The position numbers and the translations under genes are program-made. Source: an uncultured bacterium (lineage in GTDB: Bacteria; Margulisbacteria; WOR-1; CAVSGV01). Taken from it: 64,000 nt of DNA. The notes beneath the pieces were generated by a model. That model saw only the letters and a list, made by a program, of their open reading frames with translations, had not been told where the DNA came from and ran no database searches. The stretch is taken from NCBI GenBank assembly GCA_963768305.1, contig CAVYHE010000003.1, positions 148,238 through 212,237 of the forward strand, written 5' to 3'. The first letter of the stretch is position 1; every line of letters begins with the position of its first letter. This document shows, one piece after another, positions 52,041-63,082 of this stretch.

Positions 52041-52785
52041 GTGGAAAAACCCGTTGTAATCGCGAACAAGCTTTCCAAAAAATTCAAGGATACTGTTGCC
52101 ATATCCTCGCTGGACCTCGTTATTCAAAAAGGAGAGATTTTCGGCTTGCTGGGGCCGGATGGCGCCGGCAAATCCACTTTAATGAGGATGCTTTCCACTG
52201 TCATGCTTCCCACGTCGGGCAGCGCGCATGTACTTGGGCTGGACATCAAAAAAGACGAGGAAAAGATCAGGCGCAGGATAGGATACATGCCCCAAAAATT
52301 CAGCCTTTACGGAGACCTTACAGTTGACGAGAACATCGAATTCTTCGCTGATATCTATGATGTTGCAAAACAAGACATGGATTCTGTCAGGCAGAAAGCC
52401 CTTGATTTCACAAAATTGGAAACTTTCAGGTCTCGATACGCGCGCCAGCTTTCCGGAGGCATGCAGAAAAAGCTTGCTCTTGCCTGCGTTCTCATTCATA
52501 CGCCTGAGATACTTTTTTTGGACGAGCCGACATTGGGCGTGGATCCTCTTTCAAGGCGCGAATTCTGGCGGCTCCTGTACGGGCTTACCAACACTACCAT
52601 TATCAGTTTCAACCCCATACATGGATGAGGCCGAACGCTGCAGCCGGATAGGATTGATACGCGACGGCTCATTGCTTATATGCGATACACCTGAGCATAT
52701 CAAAAAGACCACGAACCAGCCGACACTTGAAAAAGCATTCATCAATCTTATTGAACTCGCAAAACCGCCGGAGAATAAAAGATAA
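52041..52785 (+). pseudogene. ABC transporter ATP-binding protein (first NBD of a YbhF-like pair), frame broken once
   Basis: It has Walker A GPDGAGKSTL, signature LSGGMQKKL and Walker B ILFLDEPT. A +1 shift near 52590 gives ..STPYMDEAERCSRIGLIRDGSLLI... Confidence 0.85.
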
Positions 52786-52786
52786 T

Positions 52787-53740
52787 ATGCCTGAAATAAC
52801 GATCACAGTAAAAGATCTTACCAAGAAATTCGGCGATTTCACCGCGGTCAACAGGATCAATTTCGACATAGCAAAAGGCGAGATCTTCGGTTTTCTCGGG
52901 CCGAACGGCGCCGGAAAGACGACCACCATAAAAATGCTTTGCGGGCTTATAAATTCAACTTCCGGGAAAGCAACTGTCGGCGGATTTGATATCTCAACTC
53001 AAAGCGAAGAAATTAAATGTATTATCGGTTACATGTCGCAGAAATTCTCTCTTTATGACGACCTGACGGTCTCCGAGAACATCGATTTCTTCGCCGGGAT
53101 ATATCAAACCCCGAGGGAGACCAGGGCAGAAAGGAAGAAAGAAATAATCGAGATATCCGAACTGAACGGGAAAGAGAATGTCTTGACCGGCGAGCTTGCT
53201 TCGGCAACGAAACAGCATCTTGCCCTGGGATGCGCCCTTATCAATGATCCGAAAATAATTTTTCTGGATGAGCCCACCGCGGGCGTGGATCCTCTGGCCA
53301 GGTCAAAATTCTGGGGCATCATAAAGGGCTTGTCGGGCAGGGGAGTGACGGTCCTCGTCACTACCCATTATATGGATGAAGCAGAAAATTGCGACCGGAT
53401 AGCTCTTATCAACGACGGGATACTTGCCGCCTGCGATACTCCGGAGAACTTGAAAAAGAACGAGATGAAAGGCTTTATTTATGAGATCGAATGCGGGAAC
53501 ATAATGAAAGCTCTTGAGCTGTTAAGGAAGCTTCCGCTTATTAGGGAGATCGCCCTATACGGTATATATCTTCATGCGGTCGTCGATGATGAAAGATTCA
53601 TCGATGACATCAAACGCGCCTTGACATCGAATTTCATAGAAGTTAAAAGGGTCGACAGGATAACTCCTTCTCTTGAAGATGTGTTCGTATCCCTCGTAGA
53701 ACGTCAGCAAAGGACAAAACAGGACAACAAAAATGCTTAA
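52787..53740 (+). CDS. ABC transporter ATP-binding protein (second NBD of a YbhF-like pair)
   Basis: From the ATG at 52787 it reads MPEITITVKDLTKKFGDF...GPNGAGKTTT...IIFLDEPTAGVDP...TTHYMDEAE. It starts 1 nt after the stop of the first NBD gene. Confidence 0.88.
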   Translation: MPEITITVKDLTKKFGDFTAVNRINFDIAKGEIFGFLGPNGAGKTTTIKMLCGLINSTSGKATVGGFDISTQSEEIKCIIGYMSQKFSLYDDLTVSENIDFFAGIYQTPRETRAERKKEIIEISELNGKENVLTGELASATKQHLALGCALINDPKIIFLDEPTAGVDPLARSKFWGIIKGLSGRGVTVLVTTHYMDEAENCDRIALINDGILAACDTPENLKKNEMKGFIYEIECGNIMKALELLRKLPLIREIALYGIYLHAVVDDERFIDDIKRALTSNFIEVKRVDRITPSLEDVFVSLVERQQRTKQDNKNA

Positions 53741-54857
53741 GCATATTTATGCGATGGCCAGGAAAGAATTCATCCACCTCATAAGGGATCCCAGAAGCCT
53801 TGTAATTTCCATATTTTTGCCGGTTTTCCTGCTGTTCATCTATGGTTATTCCGTATCGTTCGACATAAAGAATATCCCTGTTGCAATACGCGACAATTCA
53901 AATTCATATCAAAGCAGGCAGTTGATAGATAATTTCCTCCACAGCGGTTATTTCCTTAAAGCGGCATCGCTTACCAGCGAGAACCAGTTCAGGGACGCAT
54001 TGGACAGCGGGAACGCAAAAGCCATCATAAATATCCCGTCCGACTTTGCCAAGAACATACACATGAGGAAGAAAGCCGTAATTCAGGTCATTCTTGACGG
54101 CTCGGACCCGACGGCCGCGGCTTCCGCTTTAAGCTATATCAACGGCATCGCGCAGCAGTTTTTCAGCGGATTACTTGTTATGCAATCCGTGCATAATCCG
54201 TCTGGTGCGGCGCCGGTCAATCTATTAACAAGGATATGGTACAACGAGAACCTGCGCAGTCTGAATTTTTATATCCCCGGTCTGATCAGTTCTATCCTTT
54301 TGATGCTTTCGGCTTCTCTTACATCCTTGACCATCGTCTCCGAAAAGGAAATGGGGACCATGGAAGCGCTCATTGCCAGCCCCATAAGAAAGAACGAACT
54401 GATGATAGGCAAGATACTGCCTTATGTGATGCTTGCTTTCTGGGATGTTGTGCTTGTCACGGCAGTCGGGCATTACTGGTTTATGGTGCCTATCAAGGGC
54501 AGCATAATCCTGCTTTTCATTTGCGCGACTATTTTTCTTACTGGTGCGCTTGCTTTGGGGCTTCTTTTTTCTGTTATTTCACAATCAAGCCAGGAAGCTA
54601 TGCAGCTGGCTTTGTTGGCGACGATGCTTCCGTCCTTGATGCTTTCCGGAATGATATTTCCAATAGAGAACATGCCGTTTTTCATTCAGCCTTTCACGTT
54701 CCTGGTTCCTGCCAGATATTTTATCAGCATATCCAGGGGGATATTCTTGAAGGGGATCGGAGTGTCCTATCTGTGGCCCCAAATTGCGATGCTCACCGTA
54801 TTCGCGTTTATTCTAATGTGGCTTTGCATAAGATCGTTCAAGAAAAGGATCGATTAA
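53733..54857 (+). CDS. ABC-2 type transporter permease (YbhS-like)
   Basis: 374 aa and intact, with an N-terminal TM helix, a large periplasmic loop and five C-terminal TM helices. Confidence 0.85.
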   Translation: MLKHIYAMARKEFIHLIRDPRSLVISIFLPVFLLFIYGYSVSFDIKNIPVAIRDNSNSYQSRQLIDNFLHSGYFLKAASLTSENQFRDALDSGNAKAIINIPSDFAKNIHMRKKAVIQVILDGSDPTAAASALSYINGIAQQFFSGLLVMQSVHNPSGAAPVNLLTRIWYNENLRSLNFYIPGLISSILLMLSASLTSLTIVSEKEMGTMEALIASPIRKNELMIGKILPYVMLAFWDVVLVTAVGHYWFMVPIKGSIILLFICATIFLTGALALGLLFSVISQSSQEAMQLALLATMLPSLMLSGMIFPIENMPFFIQPFTFLVPARYFISISRGIFLKGIGVSYLWPQIAMLTVFAFILMWLCIRSFKKRID

Positions 54858-55989
54858 TGGACAGCCGTTTATATCATTTTGTGATAAAGGAATTCAGGCA
54901 GCTGGTAAGGGACCCGAGGATGCTCAGGGTCGCGCTGATGATGCCGTCTGATCCAGCTGGTCATTTTCGGATATATCGCATCCACTGACATCAAAAACAT
55001 CTCTGCCGCGATCATGGACGAGGACAGGTCGTCAATGAGCAGGGCGTATATTCAGAGCATAAAGAATACCGGTAATTTCAATGTGAAATATATGGTGAGC
55101 AGTGAAAAAGAGTTTTCCAGGCTTCTTGACAGCGGCAGCGCGGCGATCGCCGTACATATCCCGAAAGATTTTAAAAAAGACATTCTTTCCGGAAAGTCCG
55201 CCGATGTTCAGGCGGTAATTGACGGAAGCAATTCATCTAACGCAACGATAATCCAGGGATACATTGACCAGATCAATTTCACTTATTCCAATGCGATTCT
55301 TGCCGGCAGGCTTAATAAGGCCGGATTGAACCCTGACAAGCCTTTCATTGTTCGATCTTGAGACCCGCATCTGGTATAACCCGGACATGAAAAGCATTTA
55401 TTTCATGGTCCCCGCGATATTTGCGCAGGTACTTATGATGATAAGCATGATCCTCACGACCTTCTCGATAGTCAAAGAAAAGGAAAAAGGCACCATTGAG
55501 CAGCTTCTTGTCACTCCGCTAAGGACATATGAGATAATGCTGGGGAAAATAGCTCCTTCGGTGATCGTTGCTTTCTCTGATTCGATCATCGCCTTTCTTG
55601 TCGCGACATTATGGTTCCGCGTGCCGATACACGGCAGCATCATTTTACTTTTCACTCTGGGCATCCTGTTTTCGCTTACAGGACTGGGTATAGGCCTGTT
55701 CGTTTCAACTGTTTCAAGGAACCAGAGGCAGGCGATAATGACCAATAACGTCATCATGTCGCCGCAGTTCATACTTTCGGGCTTTATTTTCCCGATCGCC
55801 AGCATGCCTGTTCTTATCCAGTGGATAACTCGGCTTATCCCTCTCCGCTATTTTCTTGTGATAGTAAGAGGGATATTCCTGAAAGGGATCGGTTTGAGAT
55901 ATCTCTGGAACGAAATATGGCCGTTGATAATATTCATTTCTGTTATACTATTCTTCAGTATCTCGGGATTCAGTAAAAAACTCGACTGA
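54857..55989 (+). pseudogene. ABC-2 type transporter permease (YbhR-like), 2 frame changes
   Basis: The ATG at 54857 overlaps the previous stop (TAATG). It reads MDSRLYHFVIKEFRQLVRDPRMLRVALMMP, then IQLVIFGYIASTDIKN.. (frame of ORF 55014), then ..DLETRIWYNPDMKSIYFMVP.. (ORF 55348..55989). It is a paralogue of the preceding permease. Confidence 0.85.
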
Positions 55990-56007
55990 TCACGGAAGGA
56001 GGACAAT

Positions 56008-57021
56008 ATGAGCCTGATAAAAAAAGCGTTTGACCTGCTTGCTATGGACTGAGGCGTAATAAAAGATTATATTTTTCAATTGTCGGAGTTCTGGTTGTTC
56101 TGCTTTTGATCGACATCAATTCCGTACAAAGGAGCAGGATCCCCGTTAAGCCTTATAAGGTCAGCAACGGCAATATCACGGTCACCGTAGCGGCGCCGGG
56201 AATAGTAAAAGCGACAACGGCCCAGATGGCCGCAAGGACACCCGGAAGGGTGGAGTGGATCGGCGTCTCTGAAGGGGATGAGGTCAAGAAAGGGCAGCTT
56301 TTGCTGAAACTGGACAGCTATGAGAACGCCTTGAAGGAATACAGGCGCATCTCTGTCCTGTACAGCAAGGGATTTGCTTCATCCCAGCAGCTTGAGGACG
56401 CAAAATTCACTCTTGACGGAACGGCGATCAAATCCCCGATAGACGGCACTGTATCGAATATCGCGGTGCAGATCGGCGAGCCGGCGGTCATGGGCGATCC
56501 GATAGTGACCGTTACGAATTCAAAAGGAATGTCCATCGAGATCCAGATCGATCAGGTGGATATCGGAGGGGTGAAGAACGGAGAGGAAGTCAGGGTGATG
56601 GCCGATGCTTATCCGGACGAAGTCTTTGAAGGGAAGCTCGTATTTTCTTAATAATGAAGCTGAACTCAAGTCCGTTGCCGGCAGGGTCAGACCCGACGAA
56701 GAAGACAAGGTTTTCAGGGGGAAAGTGGAGCTTATAAAGCCTACCGGGAAACTTTACCACGGCATGAACGTGGACACGGAGATCGTCACTCAGACGCTGA
56801 ATAACGCCCTTATAATGCCCAGGGAGGGCGTTCTGTCGGAAGGGGATAAGTATTACGCGTTCCTGGTCAAATACGGCAGGGCGCATAAAAAAGAGATAAA
56901 GATCTCGCTGCGGGATTCGTTCAATGTCGCCGTATCTGACGGGTTAAAGCTTAACGATGTTGTCGCGGTAACGAACGTCGCCAAACTGAAGGACGGTTCC
57001 AGGGTCAAGAATGAGCGATAA
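56008..57021 (+). pseudogene. efflux membrane fusion protein (MacA/RND-adaptor family), at least 2 frame changes
   Basis: GGAAGGAGG lies 4-5 nt upstream of the ATG at 56008. A TM segment ..FSIVGVLVVLLLIDIN.. is read in the frame of ORF 56106..56651 (..GRVEWIGVSEGDEVKKGQLLLKLD..), and ORF 56605..57021 continues the beta-barrel/MP domain. The N-terminal ~20 codons are uncertain. Confidence 0.75.
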
Positions 57022-57719
57022 GGACGTCATTTTAAGCGTACGCGGCCTGGTCAAGACATACAGGCTTGGCAAAGTGGATGTTCCGGCCTTAAAAGGCGTT
57101 TCGCTCAATATTGAACGCGGAGAATTTGCCGCCATTACCGGGCCTTCGGGATGCGGAAAATCCACTTTCATGCATCTTATCGGCTGCCTGGACAGGCCCA
57201 CAAGCGGAGATATCATCATTGATAACGTCAAAGTTTCCACTCTGGATGACAACGAACTTGCCAGCATCAGGAATAAAAAGATAGGTTTTGTTTTCCAGGC
57301 GTTCAATCTTCTCCCGAAATTGACTGCCATCAAGAACGTTGAGCTGCCTTTGTATTATTACGGTGTCAAAAAAGAGAGCCGTGAAAGCAGGTCCGTTGAC
57401 ATGCTGAAACTGGTCGGTCTGGAAAATCAGGGTCACGCATAAGCCGCCGGAAATATCCGGAGGAGAAAGGCAAAGGATCGCGATAGCAAGGGCGCTAGTG
57501 AATGACCCCTCCATTCTGCTTGCGGATGAGCCGACCGGCAACCTTGATTCGAAGACCGGCGAGGACATCATGAGGATATTCCAGAAGTTGAACGACAGGG
57601 GCGCGACCATAATCCTTGTAACGCACGAAGCTGATATCGTCAAGTATACTAAAAGGGTGATAAGGCTTCGCGACGGTCAGGTCGTCGGCGACGAAAAATT
57701 GGAGCAGATAAGGTTATGA
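57011..57719 (+). pseudogene. MacB/LolD-type ABC transporter ATP-binding protein, frame broken once
   Basis: It has Walker A GPSGCGKST. After a +1 shift near 57430 it reads ..[37 protein letters not shown]... Confidence 0.88.
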
Positions 57720-58923
57720 TAAAAGTATTTTGAAGAATTACTTGAATTCTTCTGGCAGGCGCTGGAGACGCTGTGGAGTAACAAGATGAGGTCATCCCTT
57801 ACAATGCTTAGGCGTCGTGATAGGGGTGTTCGCCGTCATCACACTTGTTGCGATAGGCGAAGGGGCAAAGCAATATATTTATGATCTTGTTTCAAGTTTC
57901 GGGACAGGGTCCACTTATATGGAGGTCCATCCCGGAAAGGACAGGGGGCCAGCCACTTTCACGGAGAAGCTTACTTATCAGGACTCAGAATCGATTGCGA
58001 GGGACTGCCCTGACGTTGCAAATGTGGATCCGAGGGTTTTTGCCGTCGGAGATATCAGATATGGGAAAGAAAAGATGGACATTCCGTTCATCATGGGTGT
58101 CTCCTATAAGTATCCTGCCGTGTTCAGCCACAAGGTCGTGAAGGGAAGGTTCTTTAACAAGACCGAAGAAGATGTAAGGAAAAAAGTCTGCATTATCGGC
58201 CAGAAGATAGTGACGGAGCTCCTTTCCGGATTTGATCCCATCGGCGAAAGGATAAAGATAAATTCGAAGAATTTCACGGTTGTCGGAGTGTTCGAGGAAA
58301 AAGGAGCGTTCCTCGGGTTTGACTACAATAAGATAGTCGTTATTCCTATAACTTCCGCCGAGCAGCTATTTGACACAAAAAAATTGATGGAGATAGGGGT
58401 CTCCGCCAAAAGCGACAAGGTGGTTTACAAGGCAAAAGATGAGATCCACCAGCTTCTTTTGAAACGGCATAAAAAGGAAGATTTCAGGATAGATACACAG
58501 GAAGATTCCCTGTCGCTTATCAATAATATCCTCGGTTTCCTGACGCTGGTGATAGGCGGTATCGCGTCGATCTCTCTGCTCGTCGGTGGTATCGGGATCA
58601 TGAACATCATGCTCGTGTCCGTGAACGAGAGGATACGCGAGATCGGCATAAGAAAATCGGTCGGCGCGACAAAAAGGGACATATTCCTTCAATTCCTTAT
58701 CGAATCCGTGGTCATAAGCATGCTTGGCGGGACAATAGGGATAATCCTAGGGGTAGGGGCTTCATTGGGAATAATGAAGCTTCTGGGGATCACTCCGGTG
58801 GTTTCTCTCTGGTCGGCATGTCTTGCATATTTCGTGTCGATATTGGTCGGTATTGTGTCAGGTGTTTATCCGGCTACCAGAGCGGCGCAATTGGATCCCG
58901 TCGAAGCGTTGAGGTATGAGTGA
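57716..58923 (+). pseudogene. MacB-type ABC transporter permease (FtsX domain), 3 frame changes in the first 35 codons
   Basis: The ATG at 57716 overlaps the ATPase stop (ATGA). MIKVF/LKNYLNS/FWQALETLWSNKMRSSLTMLG/VVIGVFAVITLVAIGEG.. is read across three frames. The remainder is ORF 57817..58923, with a C-terminal FtsX four-helix bundle. Confidence 0.85.
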
Positions 58924-58929
58924 AGTCTT

Positions 58930-59901
58930 TTAAGAATGCTTTTCCAGATAATCCTTGACGCTGATAGCCGCTATCGCGCCGTCGGCGGCCGCTGTGATCG
59001 CCTGCCTTAGTGTTTTCTTTCTTATGTCTCCCGCGGCAAAAACGCCTTCAACATTCGTTTTTAAATGATCATCGGTGATTATATGCCCGTTTTCATCCAA
59101 ATTGACCAGGTCTTTAACGATATCGGTGTTCGGTTCATTGCCAGCATAAATAAAGACCCCGTCGATATTGATCGATGATGCTTTATTGCTTTCAACATCC
59201 TTCAACTTAATGGAGCTTACTTTATCTTTGCCGGAAATCTCCTCGACGGTCGAGCTTAATTTGAAAAAGATCTTCGGATTGGCTCTGGCTTTTTCTTCAA
59301 GTACCTTATCGGCACGCAGCGTTTCCCTGCGATGGATAACCGTCACAAGTTTGGCGAATTTGGTCAGGAAGATCGCTTCTTCAAGGGCGCCGTTCCCGCC
59401 CCCGATTACGGCGACACTTTTATCCATATAGAAAGGACCGTCGCAGGTCGCGCAATATGATACCCCTTTCCCCGTGAAAACATCTTCCCCTTTAACGCCT
59501 AATTTTTTCGGATTACTGCCTGTCGCGATTATTATTGTTCTGCTTGAATAAGAATGTTCTTCGGTCATAACTTTGAAGAGACCATTTTTTTGCTCAAGTT
59601 TAACAACATTTCCGAATACTATATCAAGGCGGTATTTTCTTGCTTGTGCTTCGAGCCTTTGCCCAAGAGCCATTCCGGATATTCCTTCGGGAAAACCGGG
59701 ATAATTCTCTATCATATCGGTCATGGTTATCAGCCCGCCCGGGACGGCTTTTTCAATTAAAAGGGCATCAATATTGGCTCTTTTCGCGTAGATTCCGGCG
59801 GTAAGACCAGCCGGACCGCCTCCGATGATAATAAGTTGAAAAGGGGTCTTGTCTTCCCTGACGATGGGGGCCATTTTTGGCTGAAGCTTGACAGTAGGCA
59901 T
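58930..59901 (-). CDS. trxB: thioredoxin-disulfide reductase
   Basis: 323 aa reading IIGGGPAGLTAGIYA, with the redox-active CATCDGPFY and GGGNGALEEA. Confidence 0.92.
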   Translation of the reverse strand: MPTVKLQPKMAPIVREDKTPFQLIIIGGGPAGLTAGIYAKRANIDALLIEKAVPGGLITMTDMIENYPGFPEGISGMALGQRLEAQARKYRLDIVFGNVVKLEQKNGLFKVMTEEHSYSSRTIIIATGSNPKKLGVKGEDVFTGKGVSYCATCDGPFYMDKSVAVIGGGNGALEEAIFLTKFAKLVTVIHRRETLRADKVLEEKARANPKIFFKLSSTVEEISGKDKVSSIKLKDVESNKASSINIDGVFIYAGNEPNTDIVKDLVNLDENGHIITDDHLKTNVEGVFAAGDIRKKTLRQAITAAADGAIAAISVKDYLEKHS

Positions 59902-59902
59902 A

Positions 59903-60925
59903 TTATTTTTCTTCTATCCCTTTCACTGAAGCTCTGGAATGGCCCTGTATTATGATCTTGTTCTGACCAAGAAGCACAGTGATCTTGTCTCCGTATACTT
60001 CGTTTTTATCTCTGACTGCTTTGGCCTTTTCAAGCAATATCACTTTGTTGTTCAGGGTGTCATATGAAGCATTCTTGGAATAAGCTGATATTTTATCGTC
60101 CGTGAGAAAAACATCCCCAGAAAGGGTGATGGTATCGTTTCTCTGGTCGTAAACCGCTTTACTGCAAGTTATCTTTGAGCCTTTTCTGGCAATGATGACG
60201 TTCTTTTCGGCGTTAACAATATCTTTGCTGCTGTCGATAAAGAAAGATTCGGCCGATATATGGATAGCTTTGCCGTCGGAATAAATATCACCCGAAGGAT
60301 GCCCGGTTAAAAGTGCTTTTTCCAGCCCCACATCCGCTTCCAGTTTTTCTGAATTTATGAGAAGATCGCCCTTTGTGAGAGTGATGGATCCATTGCACAC
60401 GAGTTTTTTTGTAGCAAGCTTCCAGTTAAGGTTTTTTGCCGAGAACCAATATCCTTCGTATTTATTGCCTAATTTTGCTGGAAGATGGAATATGGATCTC
60501 AGGTCTTTTGATCCTTTCATGGCTTTCAGCTTATCCTTGATCGTGTTTTCAAATTTGATGTCATATCCGATCGGATCATTCAAGTATATCTCGTTCGCAT
60601 TCATATGCCATACCGCTGAGGGCGCCAGGAATTTAAGCGTGGGCTTTCCTTTGTCATAGAACAGGCCGTTGACATCGGTAAGGGCTGAAGTATCTTGGGA
60701 TTTATTTATAACTGAGTTTTTTGAGACTAATTCCCAGTATTTTACCCCGTCATAAACCTCGGCAAGGGTCGAATCATTGAATATGACATCGGCCTTTTGT
60801 TTTTCATTTTCAAGCGTTTTTGAGACCTTTCCGTTGAAATCATCCTTAGGAAGCAGCGCCCAAATAAAAAAACCGAAGATCACAAGCACGATCAGGCCGA
60901 TTATTATCTCTTTTGATCTTTCCAT
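59903..60925 (-). CDS. membrane-anchored LptC/OstA-like (LPS transport family) protein
   Basis: 340 aa with an N-terminal TM anchor. Repeated beta-jellyroll-like segments (..VNGLFYDKGKPTLKFLAPSAVWHMNANEIYL.., ..ITLSGDVFLTDDKISAYSKNASYD..VILLEKAKAV..) are typical of LptC/LptA OstA_N folds. The assignment is by pattern only. Confidence 0.45.
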   Translation of the reverse strand: MERSKEIIIGLIVLVIFGFFIWALLPKDDFNGKVSKTLENEKQKADVIFNDSTLAEVYDGVKYWELVSKNSVINKSQDTSALTDVNGLFYDKGKPTLKFLAPSAVWHMNANEIYLNDPIGYDIKFENTIKDKLKAMKGSKDLRSIFHLPAKLGNKYEGYWFSAKNLNWKLATKKLVCNGSITLTKGDLLINSEKLEADVGLEKALLTGHPSGDIYSDGKAIHISAESFFIDSSKDIVNAEKNVIIARKGSKITCSKAVYDQRNDTITLSGDVFLTDDKISAYSKNASYDTLNNKVILLEKAKAVRDKNEVYGDKITVLLGQNKIIIQGHSRASVKGIEEK

Positions 60926-61540
60926 TTAATATCCCAGCGCTCGCAGCCTCAAAGCTTCAAATGTTTCCTGGAAGCCGGGGCCGGGGCGCCCTTTCTTATA
61001 GTATGCAGCCCCAAGAAGAAGGTGGATCGCTGCGACATTCGAATCTATCGCGATTGCTTTTTGGCAATATTCAATAGCTTCGTCAATTTTGTTCATCTCG
61101 CCGTAAATGATAGCTATATAACCATAAGCGAAAACGTTCTTCGGGTCCTGCTTGATGACGGTCTGGAATTCATCGATCGCCTGCTTTTTTTGGTCATTAA
61201 AATACAATGCAAAGGCATATCTGAACCTGGCTTTCCAATCATCGGGAAAAAGCCTGACCTTTTTGGAGTAATATGCGAGAGCTTTAGGCGCATAAGTCCC
61301 GTCAAGCTCGTTCACTTTCTTCAATTCGGCAAGCCCGTCCTCTATTTTGTTCGAATATGAATATGTGATCGCCAGATCAAAATGATATTGAGGGTCGTTG
61401 GGGTGCACCTTCACAAGCCATTGCTTGTCCTCGATCTCGCTTTTCAATTCTTTGGAAAGCTGGAAACAATCGGCAAAATGGGCCTTAGCGACCACAAAAG
61501 TAATAGCAAATAAAACTGACAGAATAGCGATTTTCTTCAT
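60926..61540 (-). CDS. secreted TPR-repeat protein
   Basis: 204 aa with the signal peptide MKKIAILSVLFAITFVVAKA and several TPR-like repeats (..AYGYIAIIYGEMNKIDEAIEYCQKAIAID..). Confidence 0.7.
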   Translation of the reverse strand: MKKIAILSVLFAITFVVAKAHFADCFQLSKELKSEIEDKQWLVKVHPNDPQYHFDLAITYSYSNKIEDGLAELKKVNELDGTYAPKALAYYSKKVRLFPDDWKARFRYAFALYFNDQKKQAIDEFQTVIKQDPKNVFAYGYIAIIYGEMNKIDEAIEYCQKAIAIDSNVAAIHLLLGAAYYKKGRPGPGFQETFEALRLRALGY

Positions 61541-61567
61541 AAAACTAACGATATTTTATCATATATA

Positions 61568-62404
61568 TCATGATGAATGAACGATTTGTTGATGCAAGGC
61601 GATCTTAAATATCTCCATGTATGCGTCGCGTTTTTCATTGTTCGCCAGGGTGAACAAAGCTATTAGCGGCATGAAGACCATGAGCAAAGCCCTGTAAATC
61701 TGGTAAATCACCGGCCCATAATGCTTTTTACAGAAATAAAGGCCGCTTCGGAAGCCTTCCACCAGGAATTTCGCATCGAAAGTTCGTTTACTGCTGTATC
61801 CGCCGTAATGGTATACTGCCGGATCGGGATAATACATGACCCTGAAACCAGCCTTTCTGGCGCGTTTGCATATATCCAGATCGTCATTATAAAAGAAAAG
61901 ATTTTCATCAAGAAGGCCGATCTTATCCAGGATCGATCTCCTTATGAACATGCAGGCGCCTATTACAAAATCAACTTCAACCGGTTTTTTTGAACGCCAT
62001 TTTAATGTTGTAAAGATGCTTCCCTGGCGCTGGATAGTGCCGTCGATATTAAGCAGTTTGGGGCCGCATATGCCGATTCCGTGATCTTTGTCCATAAACT
62101 GCACGATATTTTGGAAAGTGTTTTCCTTGATAAAGGTATCATCGTTCAAAAGGACCGCATATCTGCCTTTCGCTATTTTCAAACCCTTGTTATTCGCCAC
62201 GGTGAAACCCAGGTTCTTTCTGTTTTCTATCAATACAATATCGGGATGCTTTGATCTGAGCATGTCGCAGGTCCCGTCCGTTGAACCGTTATCAGAAACG
62301 ATGACCTCATATGAGATATCCTTCGTGAAGTTCTTGATGGAAGCGATGCATTCTTGAAGCAAGCTCTGATTATTAAGGGTGAGGATGATTACGGAAAGGT
62401 CCAT
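61568..62404 (-). CDS. glycosyltransferase family 2
   Basis: 278 aa reading LSVIILTLNNQ...VIVSDNGSTDGT...LLNDDT. Confidence 0.8.
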   Translation of the reverse strand: MDLSVIILTLNNQSLLQECIASIKNFTKDISYEVIVSDNGSTDGTCDMLRSKHPDIVLIENRKNLGFTVANNKGLKIAKGRYAVLLNDDTFIKENTFQNIVQFMDKDHGIGICGPKLLNIDGTIQRQGSIFTTLKWRSKKPVEVDFVIGACMFIRRSILDKIGLLDENLFFYNDDLDICKRARKAGFRVMYYPDPAVYHYGGYSSKRTFDAKFLVEGFRSGLYFCKKHYGPVIYQIYRALLMVFMPLIALFTLANNEKRDAYMEIFKIALHQQIVHSS

Positions 62405-63082
62405 TCAATCCATGAACCTGTACTTGATTATGGCCCAGAGAGTGGGGATGCCGTCACGCCACGTGATCTTCTTGCCTTCTGACCAATCGCGCCCATGATA
62501 TGAGATCGGGACCTCCACTATCTTTTTGCCGCTCTTAAGCAATTTTGCGGTCACTTCAGGTTCAAAATCAAAACGGGATGCCTTTGTCGTCAATGATTTG
62601 AACAAAGGGGTCTTGATCAATTTGTAGCAGGTCGCTATGTCCGTCAGCTTGGTCCCGTATAACAAATTCAGGGCCAATGTCAGAGCTTTGTTCCCTAAGA
62701 CATGTGCCAGTGACATGTTTTCGGTCCTGCCTAAGAATCTGGAACCATAGACAACGTCGGCGGCACCGGACCTTATCGGCTCAATAAGCTTCAAGTAATC
62801 GTTGGGATCATATTCAAGATCGGCATCCTGGATTATCGTGATGTCGCCGGTGGCGTATTGAAGGCCGGTCTTTATGGCGGCGCCTTTACCCTTGTTAACA
62901 TCATGGAATATGGTAATGATACCGGGCCGGTCCATGGCTTTGAGCATTTCCCGCGTGCCGTCCGTTGAAAAATCATCCACCAGGATCACTTCTTTTTCCA
63001 GGGGAACAGCCAGGACTTTTTCAAGTAGCGTTCCGAGCGTATCTTTTTCATTATAAACTGGTATTATGACCGATAATTTCAT
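62405..63082 (-). CDS. glycosyltransferase family 2, polyprenol-phosphate glycosyltransferase type (ArnC/DPM1-like)
   Basis: 225 aa reading [14 protein letters not shown]...[12 protein letters not shown]...[11 protein letters not shown]. Confidence 0.78.
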   Translation of the reverse strand: MKLSVIIPVYNEKDTLGTLLEKVLAVPLEKEVILVDDFSTDGTREMLKAMDRPGIITIFHDVNKGKGAAIKTGLQYATGDITIIQDADLEYDPNDYLKLIEPIRSGAADVVYGSRFLGRTENMSLAHVLGNKALTLALNLLYGTKLTDIATCYKLIKTPLFKSLTTKASRFDFEPEVTAKLLKSGKKIVEVPISYHGRDWSEGKKITWRDGIPTLWAIIKYRFMD

